From Macrostomum lignano (lineage: Eukaryota), in the NCBI GenBank assembly GCA_002269645.1, contig NIVC01000630.1, forward strand, positions 124,001 through 188,000: 64,000 nucleotides of DNA. The letters are read 5' to 3'. A model generated the notes under the pieces. The model was not told the origin of the DNA and searched no databases. It worked only from the letters and a program-made list of their open reading frames with translations. This document shows positions 1 to 11,386 of the stretch, in pieces. How positions within the stretch are numbered: position 1 is the first letter of the stretch; the number at the start of each line of letters is the position of its first letter. The translations under genes were made by a program, and so were the position numbers.

Positions 1-205
1 AGATAGAAGATAGATAGGTAGATGATAGATAGATAGATAGAAGATAGATAGGTAGATGATAGATAGATAGCTAGATAGATAGGTAGGTAGGTAGACGGAC
101 AGACAGACAGACAGGCAGAGAGACAACCAAACAAATAAAAAGTAACTAGACAGGCAAACAGGTACACAAGCAGATGGACAGACACTAAGGCAGACAGACA
201 TACCA
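1..205 (+). repeat. (GATA)n/(GACA)n microsatellite in SH3BP5 intron
   Basis: Direct reading. Confidence 0.9.
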
Positions 206-303
206 GGGTACCTCTCGCTTACGTTTCCCTAACCAGTTCGCCCATCCTTACACTGTACCCTACCGCACTGTACCATGCGCCTTTGGCCCACTCTATCGCG
301 CAG

Positions 304-1269
304 GTTGACGAAACCTGGGCAATGATGCTCAACCAGGCCACTGAGAAGGTGGCCAAAGCCGAGGACGAGCGTCGCCATCACGCTGCCGAGCACGCGCGCC
401 TCACCGAGATGTTCGCCGGTGCCCAGACTCGAGTCCGACTAATGGAGTCCAGCCTGCGTAGCGCCATCAAAAAGTCTCGGCCATATTTTGAAGCGAACGC
501 TCGCTACCAGCAGGCGCTTATCGAACAGAAACAGCACGTTGAAGTCTACGAAGAGAAAGTTCGAATTTGTAAACGACTGTACGACGAAGCGTTGCGCACT
601 CTGGAAGCGATTAGCGAGTCAATTCACACCAGACGGCGCGAGGAGAACAATGTGAAAAAGCAGAAATTGAAACTGGGAAAGCAGCAACAGTCAACTGATG
701 AAGATTCGGCATTGCAGGCGCTTGGCGAACGTGGTCAAGGTGTCGGCGCTGAGGACCCGCCAGAGTCGCCAAGTAAATTGGAGTCTTTCTCGGCCGCTAA
801 GCCTCCTCTGCCTCCGTCATCTTCATCATCGGCTAATTCAGCTTTTTCTTCGTCTGCGTCTGCTTCTGCGGCAACCGCCGCTCCGGTTGCTAAGCCGCGG
901 CGTCGGAAGAGCCTTCGGAATAGCGTTGCTACGCCAATTATGAGCCTGCTGGAGGACGCCATGCGGTATGAGCAGCAGCATCGGTTGAACCACCAGCTGA
1001 AGAGCGGCACCGCCGCCTCCTTGTCCTTGCCCCGTTCGCCGTCAAATCATTCAACAGCCTCGTCATTAGATGACGAAGTTCTGGCTTCGTTTGTTGTCAA
1101 TCCGTCAGCGTCGACCGCGGGAACGCCAACTTCTACTAGGAGTCAGAGTCCGTTGCCACAGCAACAGCAGAAACAGCACACGCATCAGAGAACTCTTGTG
1201 CTAGCTCCCGAGTTAAGAAAATTTTTACACTCTTTAGATGCTAGCGAGCAACAGCAGCGGACTGATTAA
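304..1269 (+). CDS. SH3BP5: SH3 domain-binding protein 5 family (SH3BP5/SH3BP5L, Rab11 GEF), terminal coding exon; 5' exons lie outside the window
   Basis: Acceptor gcgcag ends at 303. VDETWAMMLNQATEKV...AIKKSRPYFE...ALRTLEAISESIHTRR matches the SH3BP5 coiled-coil pattern (WQEMLNHAT...AINKSKPYFE...LEMISDEIHERR). Low-complexity tail, TAA at 1267-1269, AATAAA at 1285-1290. Confidence 0.9.
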   Translation, partial: VDETWAMMLNQATEKVAKAEDERRHHAAEHARLTEMFAGAQTRVRLMESSLRSAIKKSRPYFEANARYQQALIEQKQHVEVYEEKVRICKRLYDEALRTLEAISESIHTRRREENNVKKQKLKLGKQQQSTDEDSALQALGERGQGVGAEDPPESPSKLESFSAAKPPLPPSSSSSANSAFSSSASASAATAAPVAKPRRRKSLRNSVATPIMSLLEDAMRYEQQHRLNHQLKSGTAASLSLPRSPSNHSTASSLDDEVLASFVVNPSASTAGTPTSTRSQSPLPQQQQKQHTHQRTLVLAPELRKFLHSLDASEQQQRTD

Positions 1270-1379
1270 TATTTAACTGCTTGAAATAAATTGCGGTGAA
1301 GTACGCTATATCGTCTACTCATTTCTAGGGCAGTGCAGGTAGACAAGTAGCCAGTATTTTTCATATGATTCTATGTAGT

Positions 1380-1805
1380 GTCTATGTGTGTCTAAATAGA
1401 CTTTGTGTCTATTATCTCTGTGTCTATATAGACTTTATTTCGAATTCAATGGTCTTTGTGTCTATAGTGTGTGTGTCTATATAGTCTTTGTGTCTATGGT
1501 CTTTGTGTCTATAGTGTGTGTGTCTATATAGTCTTTGTGTCTATGGTCTTTGTGTCTATAGTGTGTGTGTCTATATAGTCTTTGTGTCTATGGTCTTTGT
1601 GTCTATGATCTTTGTGTCTATAGTCTGTGTCTGTGTAGTCTTTGTGTCTATATAATTATAGACTTTATTTCTAGTTCTATGGTCTTTGTGTCTATAGTCT
1701 GTCTATGGTCTTTGTGTCTATATACTTTGTGTCTATAGTTTGTGTCTATAATTTGTGTCTATATAGACTTTGTCTACGGTCTTTGTGTAGCCTTGTGTCT
1801 ATGAT
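1380..1805 (+). repeat. Degenerate ~15-bp array (gtctttgtgtctata)
   Basis: Direct reading. Confidence 0.8.
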
Positions 1806-2449
1806 CTATGCTAGCTGCTTGATTATGATTTAATCAAGAACAAAATTACCTGAATAAAATGCTGACAAGTAAAACAAAGCAATGTACATATCGAACTTTT
1901 CCTAACAATGGCTGGCTCAATTCAGGCTTAATTTAACGAATTCCAAAATTTGGTATTCATTGTTGACTTTCAACCAAGCAATAACAGCTGTTGAATTGAG
2001 TTTGAGCTTTAATCCTTGTTGATCTAGAGTTAATATTATTTTATTTACTTTTTTGTATGCACTGTGCTGTGCTTCTCAAACATCTCAGTATGACTCACTT
2101 GATTATTGTCGATCTCGTTTAATGTTTATTCCTGATGAGTTTTCTCGACTGTAAATCAGATGTTGATTGGGATGTGGAAATTCTTGTGCTTCAAATTGTA
2201 CTTTTTTATTTCATTGTAACTCTAATAGATTTTGCTTCTCAAAAATTGCTAAATACTCCAACAGTCAGAGAAATTGCTTGAACTAGGCGCAAAAGCGCGA
2301 TTGATAATTTTTTATATTTACCGTTTTTGTTTCAATTTTGCAGTAAACCTATTATTATACTACTATCAGTTATAGTACGTTTGATTTGTATTTCAATTTG
2401 CACGGCTGTGAGGTAGAGTGAATATTTGAGTGTGGTAGAGAGTGACAGT

Positions 2450-2975
2450 GAATGAGGTACAGAGTGACAAACTGATTAAGGTAGAGTGAATGTGAGTAAG
2501 GTACAGAGTTACAATGTGAGTAAGGTACAGAGTGGCAATGTGAGTAGGGTACAGAGTGACAATGTGAGTAATGTACAGAGTGAATGTGAGTAAGGTACAG
2601 AGTGACAATGTGAGATACAGAGTGACAATGTGAGTAATGTACAGAGTGAATGTGAGTAAGGTACAGAGTGACAATGTGAGATACAGAGTGACAATGTAAG
2701 TAGGCACAGAGTGACAATGTGAGTAGGATACAGAGTGACAATGTGAGTAGGACACAGAGTGACAATGTGAGTAAGGTACAGAGTGACAATGTGAGTAAGG
2801 TACAGAGTGACAATGTGAGTAAGGTACAGAGTGACAATGTGAGTAAGGTACAGAGTGACAATGTGAGTAGGGCACAGAGTGACAATGTGAGTAGGGTACA
2901 GAGTGACAATGTGAGTAAGGTACAGAGTGACAATGTGAGTAGGGCACAGAGTGAGTGACAATGTGAGCAAAGTAG
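2450..2975 (+). repeat. 24-bp minisatellite GTGAGTAAGGTACAGAGTGACAAT
   Basis: About 20 units; source of the ORFs at 2370-3030. Confidence 0.9.
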
Positions 2976-3444
2976 AGACGATTTTAAAGCAGAGAATTAG
3001 AGATTTTCTTAGTTGCTGCAACAATAGCATGTGCTATTCTTTATCAATTTGCTTTTTCTCAATTCAAGTCTTTGTTTAAGTACATCAGGCTGCTCTATGC
3101 ACACGTTTATTATAATCTTATTGTTCATAAATTATTCCTGTATCAATCTACTGCTTTCAGAGGTAAGGTGAAGTATTTCTTTATAGATTGCTTAGTCTAA
3201 ATGTTTCTGTGCAAGTATATCCTGCATGTACATTGCATGTATAGTAATGGATTTGTAAAATGTATTAATCAAAGCAAATACCGATCCTTGTTTTTGTTTA
3301 AATTGCTGTAATTTGGTTCCGCCTCGGCTACGAGAATTGGTTGCCTTCTAAAAGCTGCAAAGCAGAAAAAAGGATTATGTTCGTTTTGTTTTTAACTGAT
3401 GGCACGCTTTTCATTTATTGATGAGCACTTCTGGGAATTTCTTG

Positions 3445-4090
3445 ATCTTTGCCTCCCGGATCCTTATCTTCTTGAGTCATCTTTGCATCCCGGATCCTCA
3501 TCATCTTGAGTCATCTTTGCATCCCGGATCCTTCATCTTGAGTCATCTTTGCATCTTGGATCCTCATCTTCTTGAGTCATCTTTGCATCTTGGATCCTCA
3601 TCTTCTTGAGTCATCTTTGCATCCCGGATCCTTATCTTCTTGAGTCATCTTTGCATCCCGGATCCTCATCTTCTTTGAGTCATCTGTGCATCCCGGATCC
3701 TCATCTTCTTGAGTCATCTTTGCATCCTGGATCCTCATCTTAAGTCATCTTTGCATCCCGGATGCTCATCATCTTGAGTCATCTTTGCATCCCGGATGCT
3801 CATCATCTTGAGTCATCTTTGCATCCCGGATGCTCATCATCTTGAGTCATCTTTGCATCCCGGATGCTCATAATTTTGAGTCATCTTTGCATCCCGGATC
3901 TTCATCATCTTCAGTCATCTTTGCATCCTGGATCCTCATCTTAAGTCATCTTTGCATCCTGGATCCTCATCTTAAGTCATCTTTGCATCCCGAATGCTCA
4001 TCATCTTGAGTCATCTCTGCATCCCGGACCCTCATCTTCTTGAGTCATCTTTGCATCCCGGATCCTCATCTTCTTGAGTCATCTCTGCAT
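3445..4090 (+). repeat. ~34-bp minisatellite GAGTCATCTTTGCATCCCGGATCCTCATCTTCTT directly upstream of PCTP
   Basis: About 19 units, most containing TGAGTCA. Confidence 0.9.
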
Positions 4091-4175
4091 TCCAGATTCC
4101 CATTGTCATCGAAATTTAATGTCGCAAGCATTCTTTGTTACTTGCATTCCAGCAACCAGACTGCATTGCGCCAAA

Positions 4176-5761
4176 ATGCTGCAGCCATTCCCTGACCAGG
4201 AGTTTGTCGACGCTTGCCAACAATTGGAGGTTGAAAACACGGATGGGTTTGAGTTTTTCACCGAGAGTCACGATGTGCGCATCTTCCGACAGTACAATTC
4301 CACTTCCGGCTTGTACAAGTACAAGATATACGGCTTCCTGCACGGGGCCGCGCCAGAGCTCTGCGCCCAGGTTGGTGGGGGCACTCTACAGATCCTCAGT
4401 TGCTGGGCCAGCCTCCCAGATCCTCAGTTGCTGGGGCAGCCTCCCAGATCCTCAGTTGCTGGGCCAGCCTCCCAGATTCCCAATGGTAGGGCCAGCATCC
4501 CAGATCCTCAGTTACTGAGCCAGCATCCCAGATCCTCAGTTACTGAGCCAGCCTTCCAGATCCTCATTTGCTGAGCCAGCCTCCCAGATCCTCATTTGCT
4601 GAGCCAGCCTCTTAGATCCTCAGTTGCTCAGCCAGCCTCCCAGATCCTCATTTGCTGAGCCAGCCTCTCAGATCCTCAGTTGCCAGGCCAGCATATCGAT
4701 TATGACAAAAACCTATGCATATCCGCACTGCCGCAGGTGTACCGCGATCTGGATTATCGCCGCACCTGGGACTCGTACGTGAATGAGCTCAAAGTGCTGC
4801 TACAGGAGGGCGACGACCGAGAAGTGGTGTACTGGCACGTGAACTTTCCCTGGCCAATGTCGCACAGAGACTATGTCTACCAGCGTCAGTTGAAAATTTT
4901 GCAAACAGAGTCCGGCAATCAGGCCTGGGTAGTGCTGGCCAAAGCCTGCAACGAGCTCAATTTGATACCGGGGAAATCTGGCGTTATACGCGTTATAGAC
5001 TACTTGCAGTCCTGCGCCCTAACTTCCGATGGACAGGGCGGCACTAGGGGTGAGTTTAGAATTCATGGATTTGGGATTTATGGGTATAGGATTAATTATA
5101 GATTTGGGAAGGATGGATTCGGGATTTGTGGATTTGGGATTTATGAATTCGGGATTTGTGGATTTGGTATTTATAAATTCGGGATTTATGAATTCGGGAT
5201 TTGTGGATTTGGGATTTATGAATTCGGGATTTATGAATTTGAGATTTTAAATGAATTTGGAGTTTATGGATATGGGATTTATGAATTGAAGATTGATGGA
5301 TTTGAGATTTATGAATTCGAGATTTTTTAATTTGGGATTTACGGATTCGGGATTTATGAGTTTGGGATTTATTAATTCGGGATTTATGAGTTTGAGATTT
5401 ATGAATTCGAAATTTATTAATTTGGAATTTATTGATTCGAGATTTATGGATCCGGAATTTATGAATTTGAGATTTATGGATTTCAGATTTGAATTTGAGA
5501 TTATGTTACAATTTATGGATTCCGGATCTATGAGGTTTGAGTAGTTGGGTGTAGACATGGTTTAACTATCATGGTTTAAAACAAACAATTCCAGCTTACA
5601 TGCAGTACTATGACGACCCTCGCGGCTCAATACCCACTATGCTGATTAATTGGGGCGCCAAGACCGGCGTGCCCGGCTTCCTGTCCATGATGCAGAAGGC
5701 TGTCAATCAGTACGATGCTTATCTGAAGAAGCAGAAGCAACAGGAGCAGGAGCAGCAATAA
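4176..5761 (+). CDS. PCTP: Phosphatidylcholine transfer protein (START domain, STARD2), 224 aa; exons 4176-4370, 4737-5049, 5595-5761
   Basis: All junctions GT-AG and in phase (0, 1). Motifs GLYKYKIYG, YRRTWDSYV, VYWHVNFPWPMSHRDYVY, GVIRV and YYDDPRGSIPTMLINWGAKTGVPGFL follow PCTP. Exon 3 is absent from the ORF track. Confidence 0.93.
4390..4680 (+). repeat. ~28-bp minisatellite (gccagcctcccagatcctcagttgctga) in PCTP intron 1
   Basis: Direct reading. Confidence 0.85.
5055..5540 (+). repeat. Degenerate ~15-bp array (gggatttatgaattc) in PCTP intron 2
   Basis: Direct reading. Confidence 0.8.
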
Positions 5762-6903
5762 CAGTAATAATAACAATATTTACTGTTTACATTTTATAAC
5801 TCTGACAAGCAGTTGTACAATACTACAGTTTTAGCAAAGATTATTTAGTAGATATTATTGTGAGCCTACATTTATGATTTTATTTTCTTTTATTTATATA
5901 GCGTAAGACTAATGTGTTTCTTTTCTCATAATTTTTATTGATTTCTGATAGTAAATGTTTCTTTAAATTTGACATGTCAGTTCCTTATACTTTACTACAA
6001 TACCTTATATGCAAACGTTTTTTAATGCAGGTTTTCCTTTTTTATCTTCTTCCTTGCTAAAACTTGGTTTTATATCCAACTATAGCAGTTTCCCAGCCTA
6101 TTGAGCTTTGGAGACCCTCGTTTGGGCCATAGACAATGAGAATCCAGTCTTTGGTAGCTTGACACTTCCGCTAAGGATTAAACTGCTTGCTGCCTGGCTC
6201 CATTAGCTTGGAAAATGCTATATATTACTCGTAGTAATGTCAATCAAAAGAATGATTTTTTAATTAATTATTAGGGCATTGTTTTTTGTTAGACTCTTGA
6301 GACTCATAAAGTTTTATTGGATTTTTATAATTTAAATATAGAAACAACTTGCCCTTGATAACTTAAAGTTACTTTCTATTATCTTAAATCATTTTTAAAC
6401 TACTTTTTTTCTAAATTAATAATACTAAGGGATAACATAACTTTGAAAGTAACTGTTTTCCCGAAAATAAATATAAAATGGAAGTCCCCTGATTTTCAGT
6501 TATATTTTCTGTAGCACTTTAATTTTTTAGGTTTGTAACAGGGACAATGAACTCTGTAGATAGGCGACCCCCATAGCTAACTAATGATGTGTGTACAGCA
6601 TGTCTGAACACGAGGAAGTCGCTTTGATAGTCGCTAACAAAATGCGATGAATAAAAATATTTTCCAAATACAATTTAATTTTAACTTGCATTTTCTTTAT
6701 ACTCTACTAACAGTAAAAATAACAGAATATTGCGTGCAAAAATTAATAATATTTACGTTTTGCTAAGTAACTTATAGTAAAAATAAAGCTGTATTTTTTT
6801 CAAATAAGATTTAAGCCAATATAGAATATATCCAATGACTTGTCACCACACAAAACTTTCCTATTGTTTTCCAGTGCCTATTAATTACTTTTCATAGCCA
6901 ACG

Positions 6904-7414
6904 ATGCTGAAAGCAGCAACAGCGGCGGCTGCACTGGGCGCCCAATGCGGGCGTTTATTGCTTAGTCGAATTCCACTCCGCTGTCATCGCTGCTTGCACT
7001 CTTTGCCGGACTCGTTACGGCCGAAATTCGATGCTCGCATTGGCCGTCTGTCGGCCGAGTTTGACGCATTGACAGCTCGGATAGCTCAGGCTGCAAATGC
7101 TGCCGCAGCTTCGGATGGCGCAGCTCCAGCTGCCGCCAAAATCGAATCCGATTCGGCCAAATGGCGCCAGCTGAAACCGCTGGCGGACAAGATTGACGAC
7201 CTGCTGCTGCTGCGCCAGCTGGCGGCGGAGACCCGGCAGCTCATCAGTTCGTTGAATGGCGTCGACGGCGATTTGGAAGATGGCGACGGCGAAGACGGCG
7301 AACTGGTTGACATGGCTAAACAGGAGAATTGCGATCGGGACCGGGCTATTGCTGGCCTGGAGTTGGAGATTGCCGAGATGCTGCTGCCGCCTAGGTAGGG
7401 CCATGCCGCCTGTC

Positions 7415-7485
<71 letters not shown>

Positions 7486-7532
7486 TTCTGTCTGTCTGTC
7501 TGTCTGTGTGTCTATCTGTCTGTCTGTCTGTC

Positions 7533-7570
<38 letters not shown>

Positions 7571-7571
7571 G

Positions 7572-7608
<37 letters not shown>

Positions 7609-7635
7609 GTCTGTCTGTCTGTCTGTCTGTCTGTG

Positions 7636-7690
<55 letters not shown>

Positions 7691-7691
7691 G

Positions 7692-7740
<49 letters not shown>

Positions 7741-7753
7741 GTCTGTCTGTCTT

Positions 7754-7806
<53 letters not shown>

Positions 7807-8553
7807 ATTCAGTTGCTCAGAATTTCCACTCCGCTCCGCTGCAATCAATCCAGATCCCTTCCATCGGACTGTTCAGTCCTGCTAGAGGTCAAACCGGGCG
7901 TGGGCGGCCTTGAAGCCATGCTGTTCGCGGCCGAGCTGTTCCACATGTACACCGCCTACGCTCAGTACAAAGGCTGGCATTTCGACATTGTTGAGGAGGC
8001 CAGGGCGGATATTGGCGGCCTGAGAAGTGGCGCCTTAGAGGTTAATAAATAGTATAGTCGAACTAGTGCTCATGACCCCCTCCCTCCTTGAAGCACTTCC
8101 AATGCATATATTCGATTCCACTGCCTCTTTCACTTCTCAGATCAGCAACGGTGTCGGCGTATTCGACGAGCTCAAATACGAGACCGGCACGCACCGGGTA
8201 CAGCGGGTGCCTCAGACTGGTGACGTAATTCACACCAGCACGGCCACCGTGTTTGTCATGCCGAAGCCCGAGGATGCGGCTGCCGATTTTGAGTTGAATC
8301 CGGCGGATATTGAAATTCAGGTAGATTCAATTGCTGAAGTAACCATTGTCAATTGCTTCTGGATCTGTGACTTTTAAATAGTTGGTTAGATAGTCATTTC
8401 TTAGCTAGCTAGTCATTTAGTTTGTTAGCTTGTTAGGTAGTTAGTTAGCTAGTTAGTTAGTTAGCTAGTTAGTTAGTTAGTTAGTTAGCTAGTTAGTTAG
8501 TTAGTTAGCTAGTTAGTTAGCTAGCTAGTTAGTTAGTTAGCTAGCTAGTTAGG

Positions 8554-8584
<31 letters not shown>

Positions 8585-10353
8585 GTAGTTAGTTAGTTAG
8601 TTAGCTAGCTAGTTAGTTAGCTAGCTAGTTAGGTAGTTAGTTAGTTAGTTAGTTAGCTAGCTAGTTAGTTAGCTAGCTAGTTAGGTAGTTAGTTAGCTAG
8701 TTAGTTAGCTAGCTAGTTAGTTAGACCTTTAGTCTCTCTCCATAATGTCTCCCGTAGTAAGGAAGTCTGGTCTGTTAGTGACCTCTCCAGCTCGCCCATC
8801 AGGCATCAGTCTCAATGATCTCTATTGGAATCTGGCCTCTGTGTGTGACTTTCCAATTCTCGCTACCATCGATAAGAAAGACAGCTGTCTTGCTATCAGT
8901 CAGGTTATCACACTCGCAATTACTCTATCCAACTGTCCTTACCGTGACCGTGCTAACAATGCTAACGCAGGTGCACAAATCATCGGGCCCCGGCGGTCAA
9001 GGCGTGAACAAGCACATGTCAGCAGTTCGATTGCTGCACAAACCCACTGGCATCAGAGTCGACTGTCAGGTGGAACGAACTCAGCACCAGAACATGGTCA
9101 TTGCTAATCGAATGCTTCGAGAGCGAGTGCTTCGCTTAAGATTAGAAGCTCTGGCTGATGAGGAACGGGCTGCCAGGGCTGTGCAGGTTAGCTTTTAGGA
9201 CACTTCGTTTCTTAGAAAAGTTTTTGAAGGCTGGCTTTAGGCAATAAATAGTTACTTTTTCAGCAGTAAAATTAACACTTCCTTTATAGTAGTAACATTA
9301 TAATGAATGGGCTTGTTGCAGTGTATTTCTTGTAAGCTGCAGCAATAACCTATTTCTTTTTACAACCAGACGCATTGATCTGGTTAGGTAGCATCTTCAT
9401 CTTATTCGAAGCTGCACGTCATATCCAGTGCGTGTGCATAGCGAGCAAAAGAGAAAAGGGGTGACGCCGGTAAGCCCCAAACCAGGCTGATAAACAGTTT
9501 GGCTTCCTCTTGCCCCGTTGTGTCTGACTTTGACCTCACTTCTTACTGCTCTCCCATTGGCTGTGAAAGAATGGGCCTGCCCCCTAGGCTGAGTTTCGTC
9601 CGCGTGACTTTGTCCTCTCTCTCCTTACTGCTCGCTCATTGGCTGAGAGAATGGGCCTGTCCCCTAGGCTGAGTTTCGTCCGCCTGAATTTGATCTATCT
9701 CTCTCTCCTTACCGCTCGTTCATTGGCTGAGCTAGATTGGGCCTCCCCCCCCCCGAGGCTGAGTTTCGTCCGTCTTGTGTTCATTTGTGCACATAAAGTT
9801 GGATGCTTGTTGATCATTAATAACCCCATGCATATGCTCCTGAGACCGCAAACTTCGATGACGAAAAAATATTATGCTCCATTAAATTTAAGCGACACTG
9901 CGCAGATAAACTACTGTAAAAGAGTAGAAACTTAACACTCAGAGTAGCCTTCAAAAAACTTTTCAAAACAGTATCCAAGACTGTTCCCCTTAATGTTAGA
10001 TTTTTACTTCTGATAGTAGGTTATTACGTTTTACCCTCTACGATCCCGCTCAGAGCCAGCGCGATCGATCGGACCGGATTCGCACCTACAATTATCAGCA
10101 GGGTCGGATCACTGATCATCGGGGCCGACTGACCTTGTCGCCAGTCGATATGCGCGTGTTTATCGACCAGCCGGGACAGCAGTTGGGTGGCATAATTCAA
10201 GCCTTGAAAGATCGAGAAGAATTGGCACTGTTAGAGCAGACACTGACTGCCGACTCCGCTAGTGGTGCTAGCGATAGCGCCGGTGATGCGCAGGCAAAGC
10301 AACAGCGCTCAAAGCTAAATAATACACCTGTCAGAGACAAAGGTGTGGTGTGA
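6904..10353 (+). CDS. MTRF1L: Mitochondrial class I peptide chain release factor, RF1 type (MTRF1L/mtRF1a-like), 457 aa; exons 6904-7394, 7854-8040, 8141-8320, 8971-9186, 10054-10353
   Basis: Phase-consistent GT-AG junctions. Arg/Ala/Leu-rich presequence-like N-terminus; [17 protein letters not shown]; HRVQRVPQT (PxT at 8210-8218); HTST; GPGGQGVN (GGQ at 8992-9000); [10 protein letters not shown] and RITDHR in an exon mostly missed by the ORF track. Confidence 0.92.
7410..7805 (+). repeat. (GTCT)n microsatellite, MTRF1L intron 1
   Basis: Direct reading. Confidence 0.95.
8395..8725 (+). repeat. (TTAG/CTAG)n microsatellite, MTRF1L intron 3
   Basis: Direct reading. Confidence 0.9.
9555..9775 (+). 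repeat. Three diverged ~75-80-bp units (cattggctgag...gggcct..ccctaggctgagtttcgtccg) in MTRF1L intron 4
   Basis: Direct reading. Confidence 0.75.
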
Positions 10354-11386
10354 TTGTGGAAAACAATAGTTAATTTCATTTCTCTTTGCTTTCTATGTTA
10401 TTTGTTAGAAATAATTAATCAAATAAACAAACTTACTGACGCTAAGTTTTTAATGCAATTTAGAAAATATTATTTATATTATTAAGAATATCAACAAAAA
10501 TCTGCTAAGTTTGTATGACTCGCGTTGACTCTTAACAATGGCATAAATTATCTGGGTTCAAGATTTGTTCTCAGGAAGATTCGTACATGTAACAGCAGCA
10601 GTTATTTTTTTAAGTGTATCGCAGCATCTTTATTTACTGACGTGACCGGGTAACTGTTTAAATAAATAACATAGCAGCAAAAAGTTTTCTTTCGTACACT
10701 GTACTTTTAAGTTACATGTACATCAGTACATGTAAATCTGCGATGCATAGCATATTGTTATTATGTACTACAAGTGGACTGAGCGTACATGCATAATACT
10801 ACATTTTTACTGAAAGCATGCGATTTATGCGAATATATGTGCATTAGATTAGCATGATTTTGCTCTTGAAGGCTTGAAGTTTAATTAATTACGTCGCATA
10901 TGCATCTCCAAGAAATCCCACTTATGGTCATGTTCTAGCTTAGACATACAATCTGAACACGTTTACACGTAGTGCGACTACCGCTCATTAAGTATAGCAA
11001 CCAGAGAGCTATTGGCTTGACATTTGCAAATACATTTATTTTTACCCGTAATTTTATTGCATATAAAAATATGCTAAAACTCTGCAAAAATTCGAATTGA
11101 AATTTGTATTGTTTATTATTAGGCTAAAGTTTTCTAGCTTTTAATATAGTTCTAGCATACGTTATTATTGAACTGTTGTTTTATTTCTTAACTCGCAAAT
11201 AGTTTCTTTGAAAAATATTTTGGCACAAATTTGTATGGCTTGCATGCGTGAATTTTAAAATCGCTGAGCTTCAGAAACAGTAGGCGGGGTAGTTTTTAAG
11301 CAAAGGAAGGACAAGTGCTGTATAGTATTCTATCTTTGTTTTTAAATTACTAAAGAGTACTAGACCTTGCCTAAGCTGACTTCAGC

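Noticed and set aside
698-1010. Overlapping or antisense ORFs over GC-rich exons (also at 7015, 29018, 35545, 49143, 50701, 54656, 60914, 61602)
   Set aside because: Shadow ORFs of real coding exons; the conserved protein is in another frame.
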